Below the pieces are notes generated by a model that saw only the letters and a program-made list of their open reading frames with translations, did no database searches and had not been told where the DNA came from. The translations under genes were made by a program, and so were the position numbers. From Perna viridis (lineage: Eukaryota), in assembly GCA_037379345.1 (NCBI GenBank), contig CM074513.1:37196885-37260884 (forward strand): DNA of 64,000 bases. Direction: 5' to 3'. Shown here one piece after another: positions 1 to 13,042 of the stretch (its first letter is position 1; every line of letters starts with the position of its first letter).

Positions 1-474
1 GTAGGCTAGATCATCACTGCTATCACATTCTCTCATCTGAGCATCACTGTTTGTTCCACGTCATATCATAATACTTATGATACCTAAAAATTGATATATG
101 CCAGTTTCAAAAAAATATTTTTTTCAGATTTAAATGTTTTTATTGTTGCATGGTAGCAAAATGTGTCACTGTTATATATAGATGCATGAACAACATGTCA
201 GAGATAATATTTTATATGGTTTACCCTAACAATGCAAGGACAGTGTTTTTCCTTTGTCTGTATTGGAGCAACAGTGGTACATAGAAAAAAAAATAATGGT
301 TTATTAAAAAAAAAAATTATTGTTTGTTACAATTTGTTCTGAAATTTGGGAAGGTTTGTTTTGTTGGTCCTGAAAACTTTACATGTAGTGACAGAAACAA
401 TTTGGTTCTTATACATTGAAAAACATGTAGTTAAGATATTAAGCTATTAAATGATATGTATATTTATTTATAAG

Positions 475-501
475 GATGAAGACCAGGAAAAAACTAAGAA
501 G
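475..501 (+). CDS. FRMD5: FERM gene candidate 27-nt microexon (DEDQEKTKK)
   Basis: tttataag|GATGAA...AAGAAG|gtgatt; phase 0-0, matching the next exon. Confidence 0.55.
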
Positions 502-3500
502 GTGATTTGCATCTTTGATTGATTTTACTAACATTGCTTTGTTCCTCTTTCTTTCTGTTTTATCAGTTTTTGATACCTCCATATTCATTCATTACATAAG
601 TGTAATCCTCTTTAGATGTTATATTATGTTACCAGTATTTCATGTATTAAAAATTCCTTCTACTTAATCTAGTAACAGTAATGTAGTTATATAAGTCCAT
701 TCACAGTAGTATGCACACTAAATAACCTGCATAGCAGTTTATTTTCAAGTGTGCACCACAGGCATCGAAGTTATTTCAAAAAGACCGAAAAACATATAAC
801 AGTCATTCCTTATAATTTAACTTAAGTGTCAAAATTTAACAACTATATCATTGAAAATGTTGATGACGTCAGATACATTACAAGATTAGGTCTATGAGAT
901 AATGGACAAAATTTGTTATTCAATCAGAAATCTTGTAACTTATGAAATTAAATTATGTTTTGATAGTTGAAATGTAAAATCAAAACAGAAGAATTCCACC
1001 AATGAGGAATTATTTTGGATGTGTTGATACTTTAAACACCCACACATACCCTTATTGTAGTATTGAACCTATTATCTGGTATGCCATCCAGTTTGGTGTA
1101 CTGTTGTATCCACACTTTTTATGTCATTCGGTTAGAGTTAAGGTTGAGGTCAATATCATGTATGATTCTAACATTAGTAAAATAATGATATATGCATGCA
1201 GTAATGAAGGTTATTAGGTAGAGATTAAAAACTGTAATTCTTTTTAAATAGTAATAAAAATGATTGGAAACACTTTTGCCTACAAGTTTAAGTTCCCTGC
1301 CAAATGGAATGGACAAGACCCATTTCTCATTAGTAGTTCATAAGATTATATTAAACATTGTAATTAACAGGATTTAGAAACAGAGGCAAGTTCAATGTTT
1401 TGACTAACTCAGTGGCATGTATTTAAGTACTTAAATTTGACCCAGATATCTAAAGCAATGTTCTATGTTTCAAACTAATGCAGGTGCTTGGTTTTTTGGG
1501 CATTAGGCCCACATAATTTTAGGATTGTTTTGTGTACAATGTTTTATTTATTTGATACTTGTTTTCTCGGTATGATAATCAATGTTGTAATGCATCTTGG
1601 CTTCAAATGCTTTAGAGTAAGCCCTATGATAACATTGTATTTTTCTTTGATTGAATTCTGTACCAGTAAATATGCAAGTGAATTGTTTCAATTTGTAACA
1701 GTTTACTTTGTCAGACACAGACAGTACAAATACATATACACTTGTATGATTTGTTTTATGAAAAGAAATTGTATTTAGTCATATTTCAATTAGGAATTTT
1801 TGTGAACAATAAAAAAAATCTTCAGAAATCATTTATGGTATAGATTTAGAGATGTTAGATAAAGACTACTTTATTCTTTATGTGTTGAAAGATAAGTAAT
1901 GTAGTGCAAAATGTCACTTATCAGTTTCAGATTCTGTTATAGAATTGGCAATAACACATGATAATAACAAACTTTTGTTCTTGTGTCTGTCTGTCTGTAA
2001 CTAATATTTAATGTATTTTGATTTTTAGCTTACTAACACATATCTATGTACTGGACCAGTTGAAGTAATTTATTACGTTTTTGTCTCCCTGCATGTTACT
2101 CCAAATCAATATATTATTTTCGCTTCATAATGAAATCTAATGGTGTATGGTAAAAACTAAGATCATCTTCATTTATTGGAAAGATGTGGTGATTTTCAAT
2201 TTGTATAGCACCACAAATAAATTGATGTCCTATAATGGTATGACACTGTCATTGTTTGTATCATCATACATGTCCACAGACACTTGGTTTTCATGCTGTA
2301 ACTTAAATATCAGTTAGTTGATCTTTATAAAATTTTACCACATGATTCCAAACAACAAAAAGAATGCTTGTACTGATTTTTGGGGATATGACCCCTACTG
2401 TTTTGAAATAAGGGCCAAAAATGTAGTTGGGATAAGAAATTAGTGTTTTCCTGATCTCTGGACAATAACTTGACTGTGAATCTTTTATTGTATTACATGA
2501 TTTCATAACATGAAAGGAAATCAAGGGGCCACCTTGATTCAGGTTAAATTCTTATCTTGTGTCAAAAGTTGAATTGCAATCAAATATTAGAGTTGTACAG
2601 ATTTGAATGATGAATCCATTCTTTCCCCAACTGTATCAACCTGTGCCCTGTGAAGCATTTTATGGAAGTGTTGGGTGCATGTTTTATTGAATATATTTAT
2701 TTACATTATATTGAGCAATAGTCTTTTTTCAGATTTATCTTTAAATTAATTACTTAGTATAAGATCATACTTTGTCTTTGATGTTTGAGATGTTGTCATT
2801 TAGTCAGAATCGATAATGCTAATTGTCTTCTTTACCAATTCTTTATTTTCTCCAATAATTAACCATCTAATTTGACAATGCATGGTCTCCGTGGGGAAGA
2901 AGTATGAAGTGTAGGAGTGATACAATTATTGTTACAACCTTTTTACCTGCAGCTTTGTTTTTTATGTTTCTAGGGAAACTTTTTTAGCAAAAAGATGGTA
3001 ATGGTAAAATAGTGGCTTTTGATGTATCATGAAGGCTTGATATAGTTGCACTCTTGTGTATTATGCATAAGATAAACAGCTTTTTCTTCTTCACGTATAC
3101 ATATATGATGTTGGATTGTACTGTTTTTAGCGCCGTCTCATAGAAGATTTTACTATAATTTACTCATAGCAAAATAGGTCAATATGTTTGTTTGATTATT
3201 CAAAATAAGTAAAATACATTTAATTTAAAACCAGCAATATCTTAGCAAGTATATTATAAAGATGTCAAATTTGATATGCCTGATAATGCTGAAAAAATTC
3301 ACCTGTGACATTACCTCAAATTCAAATATAAAGCAAAGAATTTCTTGTTGGTCAGAAGACCAAAACAGGAAAACTTGGCCTATTTCAACTTTGTCACATT
3401 GAAAGTGAATAAATCCTTTGCTGGCATTGTACATTATTTCCAGTAATACTATTGGAACCATCAAAACTGAATTCAGACAATCATTAGAAAATTGACAGAT

Positions 3501-6500
3501 CTGTGCAAAAGTAACAAATGTATCCTTTGGATAAAAAAGGTTTGGTTCAGAAGACTTTCCATAGTTTCTGTGATATTATACGGTCCTGGTAAGGTCTTGT
3601 GGTCCTACTATGTTATCTGGTCCAAGTAGATTTCTGTGGTATATCTGGTCCCAGAAGGCTCTTATGGTATAATCTGGTCCCAGATGGCTCCTATGATATT
3701 ATTTGCTCCCAGAAGGCTCCTATAGTATTACCTGGCCCCAGAAGGCTGTTATGGTATCATCTGGTCCCATAAAGCTCTAATGGTATTATCTGGCCGCAGA
3801 AGGCTCTTATGGTATTATTTGGTCCAGGTATAGTCCTTTGGCTTTATCTGATCGCAGTTGGGACCTATGTGATTATTTAGTCCAAACAGGGACCTATGTT
3901 ATTTACTGGTCCAGGTATAGCCTTTTGGTATTACAGGTATCTTCCAAGGTATGGTCCTTTGGTATTATCGGTTGCAGTATTGTCCTATGATATTATCTGG
4001 TTCTGTTATGATCTTATGTGTTGGTATTATCTGGTTCCAGTAGTGTTCTATTGTGTTATTTTGTCCTAGTATGGTCTGATGATATTACATGTATCTGATG
4101 CTGGTAGGGTATGGTCTTATGATACTGCATGTATCAGATGCTGGTAGGGTTCTATGGTACTAGGTGGTTGGGTATGGTCTTATGATATTACATGTATCTG
4201 ATGCTGGTAGGGTATGGTCTTATGATACTGCATGTATCTGATGCTGGTAGGGTTCTATGGTCTTATGATATTGCATGTATCTGATGCTGGTAGGGTTCTA
4301 TCGTCTTATGATACTGCATGTATCTGATGCTGGTAGGGTTCTATGGTCTTATGATATTGCATGTATCTGATGCTGGTAGGGTTCTATGGTCTTATGATTA
4401 TGCATGTATCTGATGCTGGTAGGGTATGGTCTTACGATACTGCATGTATCTGATGCTGGTAGGGTTCTATGGTATTAGGTGGTTGGGTATGGTCTTATGA
4501 TATTGCATGTATCTGATGCTGGTAGGGTATGGTCTTATGATACTGCATGTATCTGATGCTGGTAGGGTTCTGTGGTCCTATGATACTGCATGTATCTGAT
4601 GCTGGTAGGGTTCTATGGTCCTATGATATTAATATATCTGGTCCCAGTAGGGTGCCTCATGTTGTTGAGCCATTGTTATAGTTTTGATAGGGTGCACAAT
4701 TCTTATCACAATGAACAAAGCTTGTAGTTTGTTGAAGTTTCATTTTTGTATTTCTATGCACGAAGGTGCTTTAGGATCACAGTAAGAAGAGCTTTGATGA
4801 ACAAATAGTATAATTTGCTTCACCTAACACAAGTATAATTGGTTTGATTTGCATATTTTATCGAATAAACAGAAATCATGCAAGCCAATTTATATTTATG
4901 CTTTGAATATTAACATGATGTGCTGATCATCTGAATGCATCTTTGTTTGGGGGGGAGGGTGCAATGGTTAACATGTATATACAAACTGAGGTGTGTTTAC
5001 TACACATGAAGGGTAACATTTACTTGCCCTTACCCAATTATTGTGTTAAGTTGAAAAATGAAGAGGTAAAATGTATGGTTCATGTTAAAATTGCTCTATT
5101 TTGTTATTAGTTTTCATTAAGGTTGAATTTGTTTACTTATTTCCCTCAAAGTAGAAATACTTTCACACATTAATACCTGATAATGAGTTATGTGCACTTT
5201 CTTTGATAGTATGAATGTCAGATGAATTGTGTTATGTTCTTTTTACATTGCAGAAACAAGCACCTGTTGGCTACAAGTGTACTACAGCAGCTGCCTGTAA
5301 ATATTTATGGAGATGTGCAGTTGAACAACAACTTTTCTTTACGTAAGATATCCTACAAATACTGACTATAAAGTTGACCACTATTACCGGTAGTATTTAC
5401 TGGGTTATCTATCTCATACAAGCTGTAGGAAGAGAAAGTGTTACAAATATTCATGGCATATTTGCTGATACATCACAGGCTATTTCAGTTTGTAGAATGA
5501 GCATTTGGAATCTATAAAGATCTGTTTTAATGTAGGATTTCTTGTCATAAGAAGTAATGGTTTCCTTGAAAGAAAAAAAATTATGATGTTGCATAGATTA
5601 CCTTTTAAAATAAGTAACTTTGTGTTATTTTTCACGTGTTATTTGCTATATATTTTTAAAATGTATATCAAATTTAATACAATTATATTTTGCAGGTTGA
5701 ATAATTCAGAGCATCCTCCTAAGATAAGGTCCGGTGGAAACATCTTCTCCAGAGGGTCAAAGTTTAGATTCAGGTGTGTTTCATTAAGTGTACATTATTG
5801 CATCTATTGTTGAATATTCATTGATAGTTTGTATGTGGCCTTCCAATAATTCTTGGATTTCAGGATCAAATTTATGAAGTAAAGAACTTTTTAATCTGTA
5901 GATCTTTTTTTTTTTTGCATCAGTAAACAAATCAGTTGTCAGCTGTTTTTACCCGTTACTGAAAGCTGGGCCTGTGGAATTGGCCATTCAGATTGTCTGT
6001 TTTGGTTTCCTGTCACATGACTTTAGTGTACCTATATAAATTTTTATTGAAGAAATTCACAGAATAAATTTTAAATGACTAAGATGACATGCTTTGATTT
6101 TTTTTGAAAAAGTAGGACGGAGGCCAAGTAATTTTCGTAAGGTAAGGGGTATGCTGTTCTTTCTCTTTATGTTTGTTATTACAAACTTATTATCTGGTCA
6201 ATAAGAATGATCATTAACAATTACAAAGATTTACATGTCTTCTGTGTTAGTCAGTAAACAACTTTATAGATCAGAAAAACTGATAAATAACTTTAGTATT
6301 AATTTTGACAAAATTTTGATTTCTTATTTCTTTAGAACTCCAGTGACTACGAATTTTATTATTATTTCAGTGGACGGTGTCAACAAGAGGCCTACAATGC
6401 AAGTGAGAGAATTGACAGAAGTGAACCAGAGTTAGTCAGGTACAACAAAAAGAAAAAAACATTATATTATTTGTATTTCATTTTATTTTTTTAATTTCTT

Positions 6501-9500
6501 AAGTGCCAGTCCATATATAAAATTCAGACACTGCTAATTGTAAAGTGATTCATGATGTTAAAAAAAAACACAGAACTATGTTTTTTCAGTCAACACATGC
6601 TATACATTCACATAACGATAATCGTTTCTACATTCAGTCCTGATCTTTTTAGAAAATCATGCATTTATCTCCCACTAAAATCAACCAAATGAAACCAAAT
6701 CAAGAACGATAAATCTTGCAAAATGCCAATTTCATGTACAGTCTATATGACATATTGGATATGTATTATTCACTTTTTGTGTGATTTTTATAAAGACTGC
6801 TACTGAAACGTGCTTAATTGCATATTTTGATCCATACAGCATTGTTACTCACTTTTGATTAAAGGGAATGCACTCATATGATGTTTTTGATTTTAAAAGA
6901 TTTTAGTGCTGTTAATAACTAAAAAAAGAGTTCTCAATTTCCCAATGAATGAATCCTATGTATAAAAATTTTCATGAGAAATTAAAATTGACACAATAAA
7001 TGCCTTTGAAATGTCATTTATGAGAAACAGGTATCAACAGAAAAATAACTTAAGATAATATCAAATTTTATTTCACTGAAAAAAGCTTTGATATGATACC
7101 ATGAGAATGAATAAAATGTCATTAAAAAAATGAAATTTGTAAATGAAGAATAACTTGAAGAAAAATCTAATATTTACATCAAATAAATTAGGCAGGGTAC
7201 AATGAATGGTGACAAGAAGAAAGGATCTAATGTCAAGGTAGACAGTTAAATACAATATTTGACAAAGTAATGTTATGTTCTATATACAATGATAATAGCC
7301 TTTGATAGTTTACCCAGGCTCTATTGTTTTGTGATATTTTCAATGTGTATTTTTTATTTTTTTTCTCTGTTTAAGGACATCTTCTTTACCTAACTATGCC
7401 AGAAAAGCAGATGGAAGAGGAGGCATGCCTAAGTTTAACACACTAAGTCATACTAGTACTGTGATTAAAGAGGGTAGGTATCATGTCTATCACTTCTTGG
7501 TCTGCTTTTGTGTACAAATCAAGGCTTTTTCTAGGCTTTAACAACATGGTGTAAGGGATTTTTTGTCAGCTTTTTACTGATTCAGCAGCATTTTATTTTT
7601 AGAATCCTTTATTGTCTTTTTATAATACCTTTACAATTTGTCCTTGGCTTAAAGTTTTTGTCTTGTATATCTTTTGAATAAGTGGGTAAGGATATTTTAT
7701 CTATTTACAGTTCCACCATTTAAAGGGTTAATATTTTTTCAGCTTAAAGCTTTTCCTTTGATGCTTTTAGTTTAAAACTTTTTTTATCAGCATGTCTCAC
7801 TCAGTTCCTTATTGTGTATATTGTACTGTTATTTCACTCACTGATTAAAGAGGGATACTATCACAAAGAATTTTGTGAGGTCTTGATCACCCAAAGATTC
7901 ATACCAAAGACTTTGAACTTGACAGTTGCCCTTCTTTGCCAAGAATAAGGAAGGACTACTTAAAAGTTGAAAATCATAAAATAAGAAGTCACACCTCTGT
8001 ATAAATTCATTGAACACAATTCCCTACAAATGTAGCAACATTTATGTAAAATCTTTTCTTATTCTTTCATTGTCCCAATCAGCATCACAGTTTGATATCA
8101 ACAAATATACAGTCATTCAAGAACGTAGAATTATAAGGGAAGCCTAGAAAAATCTTTAGATCTATCTATTTGTCATTCATATTTATACATGTAAATTAAG
8201 TTTTATGTGTCAAAATATAATAAATATCATTTCAGTTCTTCTACATACATCATTTTTAATTTTAATTTAATCACTTTTCCATGTCTTTCAGTTTATGCTT
8301 CATATTTTGATATCATGTCATTTGTTCTGCATTTTTTATTTAAATTTTATTTTATAATTAATCATGAATGAAAGGTAGAGAAAGTTGTGAGAATTGAGAG
8401 CAAAGTTTTCATGATAGCATATAATTCTATATTTAATCACGTCTTATGTTTATATCCATGGATTTTTCAACATTTTTCATCATCAAATTTCAACTTCTTA
8501 TTCATATTTATCATATTCATCATTAAACACATCAAAAATAAAAAAAAACTTATAGTAAAATAACTTAATTTGGTAATTAACTTTTACAAAACTACATTTT
8601 TTGACAGTGACATTTTTTTTACATTTCATATCTTTAAATAATAACTAAGTCATATATATATGATATAAATTATGAATTAAACTCTTGGGAGTGTTAAAGA
8701 AGAAATATTTATTTATATTATTTAAGATCTAGGAGATCTAGACATGTTTTGGTTTTTAACATCAAGCATTAACAAGCATTTTGTGTTAATGTTAGCCTTG
8801 TATGTTATAATCATTTGATTCTAACATTCTTCTCTAACCATTAGATCTTAGATTTCCTCTACTTCATTCATGATTATGCATGTCCTATCATAGCCTAGTT
8901 CCTGCATGTGATAACTTGTAACTCATTGTAGATAAAAAACATAAGAAAAGACCACAAGGTGAGTTACATATGATGGAGTATTGTAATACATGGCTGGTAT
9001 GTTTGGTGTGTGGAAAATCATTTAGATTACTGTCAAGTCAAAATAAGGAAATGAATAGTAATAAATTTTGCAACGTTTTTGTTAATCAGTACCCAAATTG
9101 TTAAACACCCTTAATAAATGGATAGGTAACTGATTCATTATGTTTTCTTTGAGGTTGATCATGCCAAGCCTACCTGGGCCATGTAGAATCATTAATGCTG
9201 TAGTAATACCACCTGCTGACTACATACCTACTTTGTTAAATATAAGATTTTTATGGTTGCTGTGTAAGCTTCAGTTTAGTCTAAAATGGCTTCTTTGTGT
9301 GGTTTTCATTTTTTTTTCAATCTTTTCAAAAAAGAAGTAACAGTAAGTCAGTGTATAGTTTTTTGTTTTTTTAGGACATTGCATGTAATATTTAGAGAAG
9401 GATTCTACAGTCTTTAGTGTACTTATATGTACAGAATAGTATCGGTTTTAAGAAAGGGACTGAATTATCCCCATGCACTGCATCCAATTCTATCTGACTT

Positions 9501-11609
9501 GATATGATAATGGTGATCTTCTATTTACTTGTGACATATGCTAATTGAAAGTTATGAATACCTATAGATAGGTGTGTAATTGGCAGGTTTTTCCCAGGAC
9601 CTTGTGTCATTTGCTGAAAAACATGTATTTACTTTCCTAAATTGCTATTTTTCACTTGTTTTACAAAGTAAGCCCTTCTTTTTGATTAAAATCAGAAGCT
9701 AATGATAATGTGCTCTATTTCTGCAATCCAGTTAGCTTTTAAATTATTCCTGAATCAATAATAATTGTTTTCCCAATCTTTCATCTTTTATCCCACCTAG
9801 CAAATCCTAGTGTAATCACTACAGGCTTTGTGAGAAAGCTTGTTTATGTCTCCTTACCAATATTTTCTAAACATATCTGTAACTTCAAGCAGTGAATCTA
9901 AGTTCTGAGTCATAAATAACAGGTCTATTGATGTGACATTATTGTAGTACAGATATTCAAAAATATTTTGTAATTTTGTTTGATTTGGACTTAATTTTGA
10001 ACCAAGATTTAAATTGATCAATGCTCATTTCATACTTTTAAATCAACTAAGGCCTGGCTGATTTTCTACGTTAGATGGTATATTTACTGGGTATGCTGCA
10101 TGATCTGTATGCATGGAGTATTGAAAATGCAAAAAGGCATCCTTTTGTCAAAGTTTTCTGGGAGACTAAAAGCCCCTTTATTATAATTTATTATAAAGGG
10201 GTTTTCTTTGTAAAATCTTTTTTTAGAGTAGGTTGAATACCACTGGCCAATATACCCTTACATGTTTTACATGTACACATATGTTCGAAACAGATTTAAA
10301 AAAAAATATTCCTCTGACCCCTAACCAACTGAAAAAGTAATATTTAAGTTCATCCCTTTCAGTTCAGTTATACAGGAAAACTCCCAAGTCAAATTCTACA
10401 GAAATATAACTTAACACATATACTGTCAATGCTTGTCTTGTAGATTTTGCACAAACAGTTTGGTTAGAATGTAACACAACATCTATACTGACTAATCTAT
10501 TAGCTATATATTATAATCAATTAAATATACAATGAAATGTTTTCTAGTCTATATTGAAGAAAAAAGAAAGATTTTCATGATCTATAACAATCAAAACTAA
10601 AAGACTAAAAATAATGAATATGCATGGAGTGGTACTGTTCGTATCCCAATATTGTTTCTATGAATAATTGGTATAAAAATTTCTGTCTATTTACAGTACT
10701 AATCAAACATTCAACTTGGTAGATTTATGAAGATCAGTTTTATACTTATATCATAAAATAACAAGTTATTCACATCCATTTTTGATCTTTCTTGTTGGAA
10801 ATCAATATGATGAAAGTGTATCTTATGTAATTTTATTTTTTATTATATTTACAGAGACTGTTATCGATGCTCCACCAAAAGAAACAAAAGAAGAAACAAC
10901 TCCTGTATCTCATGTCGCTCCAAGTCCTCTCATAGTTGCACCAATGGCTGCTCAGGAGGATAGTTCTCTTGACGAGGTTATTGAACATAATATAGCCCCT
11001 GTTCTAGAAACATCACCCCCAAAGAAAATGAATGGTAGTGTTGTTACTCATGTTTTAGAAACAACTTTTGATGCTAACGTTACACCTGATTATGAGCCTG
11101 AACAGACAATTTTAGAAGACTCTGTTCAAAAAGTTCAACAAGAGATTGATGAATCATATGATACTGAAGAAGATGCTACTAAGTCAAGCTTAGAGGAACA
11201 GATCAGGGATCTTGAAAACTACATTATACGTAAAGATAGTGAGCCACAGGAACCAAACCATGTCAAAGAGGAACCAGTTATAGAAGAGATGGTACAACCA
11301 GTCAAAGCAGAGAAAAACCAGTCTGCAGTTCCTGCACCGAAGGAGAACGATGTGTCACCTGTCATAGCCACCCCAACCACACAGGTTGTAGAAAGCAAGG
11401 CAAACAATGGAGGAATTGGATGTTGTAAAATTTTGTTCATCACATTTTTCTTTATCTTTGTGACACTTGCTGTTACACTGGTTGTTATCTTGAACTCAAA
11501 TATCAAACATCCAATGTTAACGGAATTGCGTCACCAACTCAAATTTATTGACCCAGTTAGAGACTTTATTACTCATAAAGTTCAAGCAATCCTGAAGAAA
11601 AAATCTTAA
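475..11609 (+). CDS. FRMD5: FERM-domain protein, FRMD3/FRMD5-like, 3' part (exons 475-501, 5254-5342, 5696-5773, 6371-6439, 7376-7473, 8932-8958, 10855-11609); 5' part lies before the window
   Basis: Spliced translation gives KQAPVGYKCTTAAACKYLWRCAVEQQLFFT (FERM C-lobe end) and IRSGGNIFSRGSKFRFSGRCQQEAYNASERIDRSEPELVR (FERM-adjacent domain), then an acidic low-complexity tail and a hydrophobic helix ILFITFFFIFVTLAVTLVVIL. All junctions are AG/GT and phase-consistent. The C-terminal TM helix is typical of FRMD3/5. Confidence 0.82.
3575..4650. repeat. Intronic compound minisatellite: degenerate ~29-bp units grading into a homogeneous 40/43-bp array
   Basis: tatggtattatctggtcccagaaggctc-like units from about 3575 to 4070, then tatggtcttatgatactgcatgtatctgatgctggtagggttc units from about 4070 to 4630. 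Confidence 0.9.
5254..5342 (+). CDS. FRMD5: FERM gene exon, FERM C-lobe end
   Basis: ttgcag|...|gtaaga; encodes AACKYLWRCAVEQQLFF. Confidence 0.9.
5696..5773 (+). CDS. FRMD5: FERM gene exon, FERM-adjacent domain
   Basis: tgcag|...|gtgtgt; encodes LNNSEHPPKIRSGGNIFSRGSKFRF. Confidence 0.88.
6371..6439 (+). CDS. FRMD5: FERM gene exon, FERM-adjacent domain
   Basis: tttcag|...|gtacaa; encodes SGRCQQEAYNASERIDRSEPELV. Confidence 0.88.
7376..7473 (+). CDS. FRMD5: FERM gene exon
   Basis: ttaag|...|gtaggt; encodes RTSSLPNYARKADGRGGMPKFNTLSHTSTVIKE; phase 2 to 1. Confidence 0.8.
8932..8958 (+). CDS. FRMD5: FERM gene candidate 27-nt basic microexon (DKKHKKRPQ)
   Basis: cattgtag|...CAAG|gtgagt; symmetric phase 1-1. 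Confidence 0.6.
10855..11609 (+). CDS. FRMD5: FERM gene terminal coding exon (acidic tail + TM helix)
   Basis: tttacag| acceptor inside ORF 10782..11609; phase 1; stop TAA at 11607-11609. Confidence 0.88.
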
Positions 11610-12829
11610 GTTGGTAGACATTTGCGGTTACGGGAAGATTTCAACTTCATATTTTGTCCAGGAATAAGGTGCCTCAACATCATCGCTTTTATATGTGTAA
11701 CATTTTTTAAACAATTATTTGCAGCATAGAGACATCATGAACAAACATAAGATCTGAGAGCAATGTTCATTTTTAGTAGTATTTGTGTCATATTTATAAC
11801 TCTTCATCTGTATGACATGGTACACATGTATCTGTACCAGTTTTGTTTTGTGCACATTTGTTTTTTTTTTTTTTTAAAGAAAGACAAACCCAGATCATAC
11901 TGTTGACATTTTATAAGCAGAAAAGAATTTTTGTATCATGATAAACATAATTGGATAACTGGATGGAAATAAGTATTTTGCCAAGCCTGGTTGTGCTTTA
12001 CTTTTATGATTTCCTATGTTGAAAAAATCCTATAGTAATTGCCAAAATATTCACATTTTTTCTGAGATGTCTTCTTGAATTTGATCAAATAATGGATTAA
12101 TGGAGGGTAAAATTAAAAGTATAAAATACACTGTATAATCAGTTCCTGTATGTCACTATAATGTAATATAATGTATTCCAAGGGTACAAAATCTTACTGT
12201 AATAGCTAACAAATAAATATAAATCTGCAATATTTACATACTTTGGAAGAAATTTCTTTATAGTCATAGCTTGTTGAAATGGGTTATATTTTAGATTACA
12301 TATTTTTGGCGTTGTTATGGAAGATATTTCTTCGATGTTAGTTTGCATTTGTATGTTAATTGGAAGTGTTGAATCACTGAGTGTAATCTATGTATACCTC
12401 AGGTTTAATTTGACTTTCTTCCCTTAAATAAAGATTAATTTGGTTATCTTTCCCTTCTAAAAAAAAAACAAACTTAATACTTTGTGACTACAATACGAGT
12501 TATTTTCCAACGTTCTTTTCTGTTTTTTTGGGTTTTTTTTATTTGTATTCAACTTATTTTTACATTTTGTACTAAATATTTTTAATGTATTTTATCTACA
12601 ATATATATTTAAAATTTTGGAGCTCTTATAACAAATTTTCTATACCATCAAACCATTTAGATTACCATTTTTTTGTTTGTTGATATTGGAAGTAAACTTA
12701 TGACGTGCAATTATTACACATATCATTTGTATGATGTTTATGGCTGTAATTGATGTAATGGCTTGATATTTTTATAGAATAGTATTTTTATATTTGTTGT
12801 TGCTTTAGTATGTTTTGTTGCAATATTAA

Positions 12830-13042
12830 GGAGGTAGACCTGGGGTTAGGGACATAACTCATGAAATCAGTGACATGTTTGTATCATATTCAATTTCACC
12901 AAAGGCTCTCAAGCATTCGTTCGAAGCAGAATAAAATGAATCCAAGTTAATTAGATGCTTACATGAGAATGATGTGAAATGCTGAATGCAATCGTTCCAA
13001 TGATTTTTTAAGGATTGTGTCCCTTACCCTAGGTCTACCTCC
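12830..13042. mobile_element. Non-autonomous DNA transposon (MITE), Kolobok-type
   Basis: TTAA on both sides (12826-12829, 13043-13046); ~28-bp terminal inverted repeats GGAGGTAGACCTGGGGTTAGGGACA / TGTCCCTTACCCTAGGTCTACCTCC; purine (GG) termini with a TTAA target-site duplication. Confidence 0.75.

Noticed and set aside
1002-3464. Short ORFs in the first long FERM intron, and similar 60-100 aa ORFs across 12-20 kb
   Set aside because: They have AT-rich random composition, no splice-consistent connection to the genes and no recognisable domains.
7842-7854. 13-nt copy (TGATTAAAGAGGG) of the end of FERM exon 7376-7473, as a third junction duplication or alternative exon
   Set aside because: The match is short, no GT donor follows and no upstream open exon is evident.
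10168-10206. Short GC-cored hairpin (AAAAGCCCCTTTA...TAAAGGGGTTTT) resembling a terminator or Helitron end
   Set aside because: An isolated ~12-bp stem with no associated element ends; intrinsic terminators are not relevant in a eukaryotic intron.
11219-11506. Antisense ORFs over coding exons (also 24704-24913, 25055-25240, 41675-41920, 47947-48141, 55643-55882, 43536-43910)
   Set aside because: Shadow ORFs on the opposite strand of real exons, with no domain signal.
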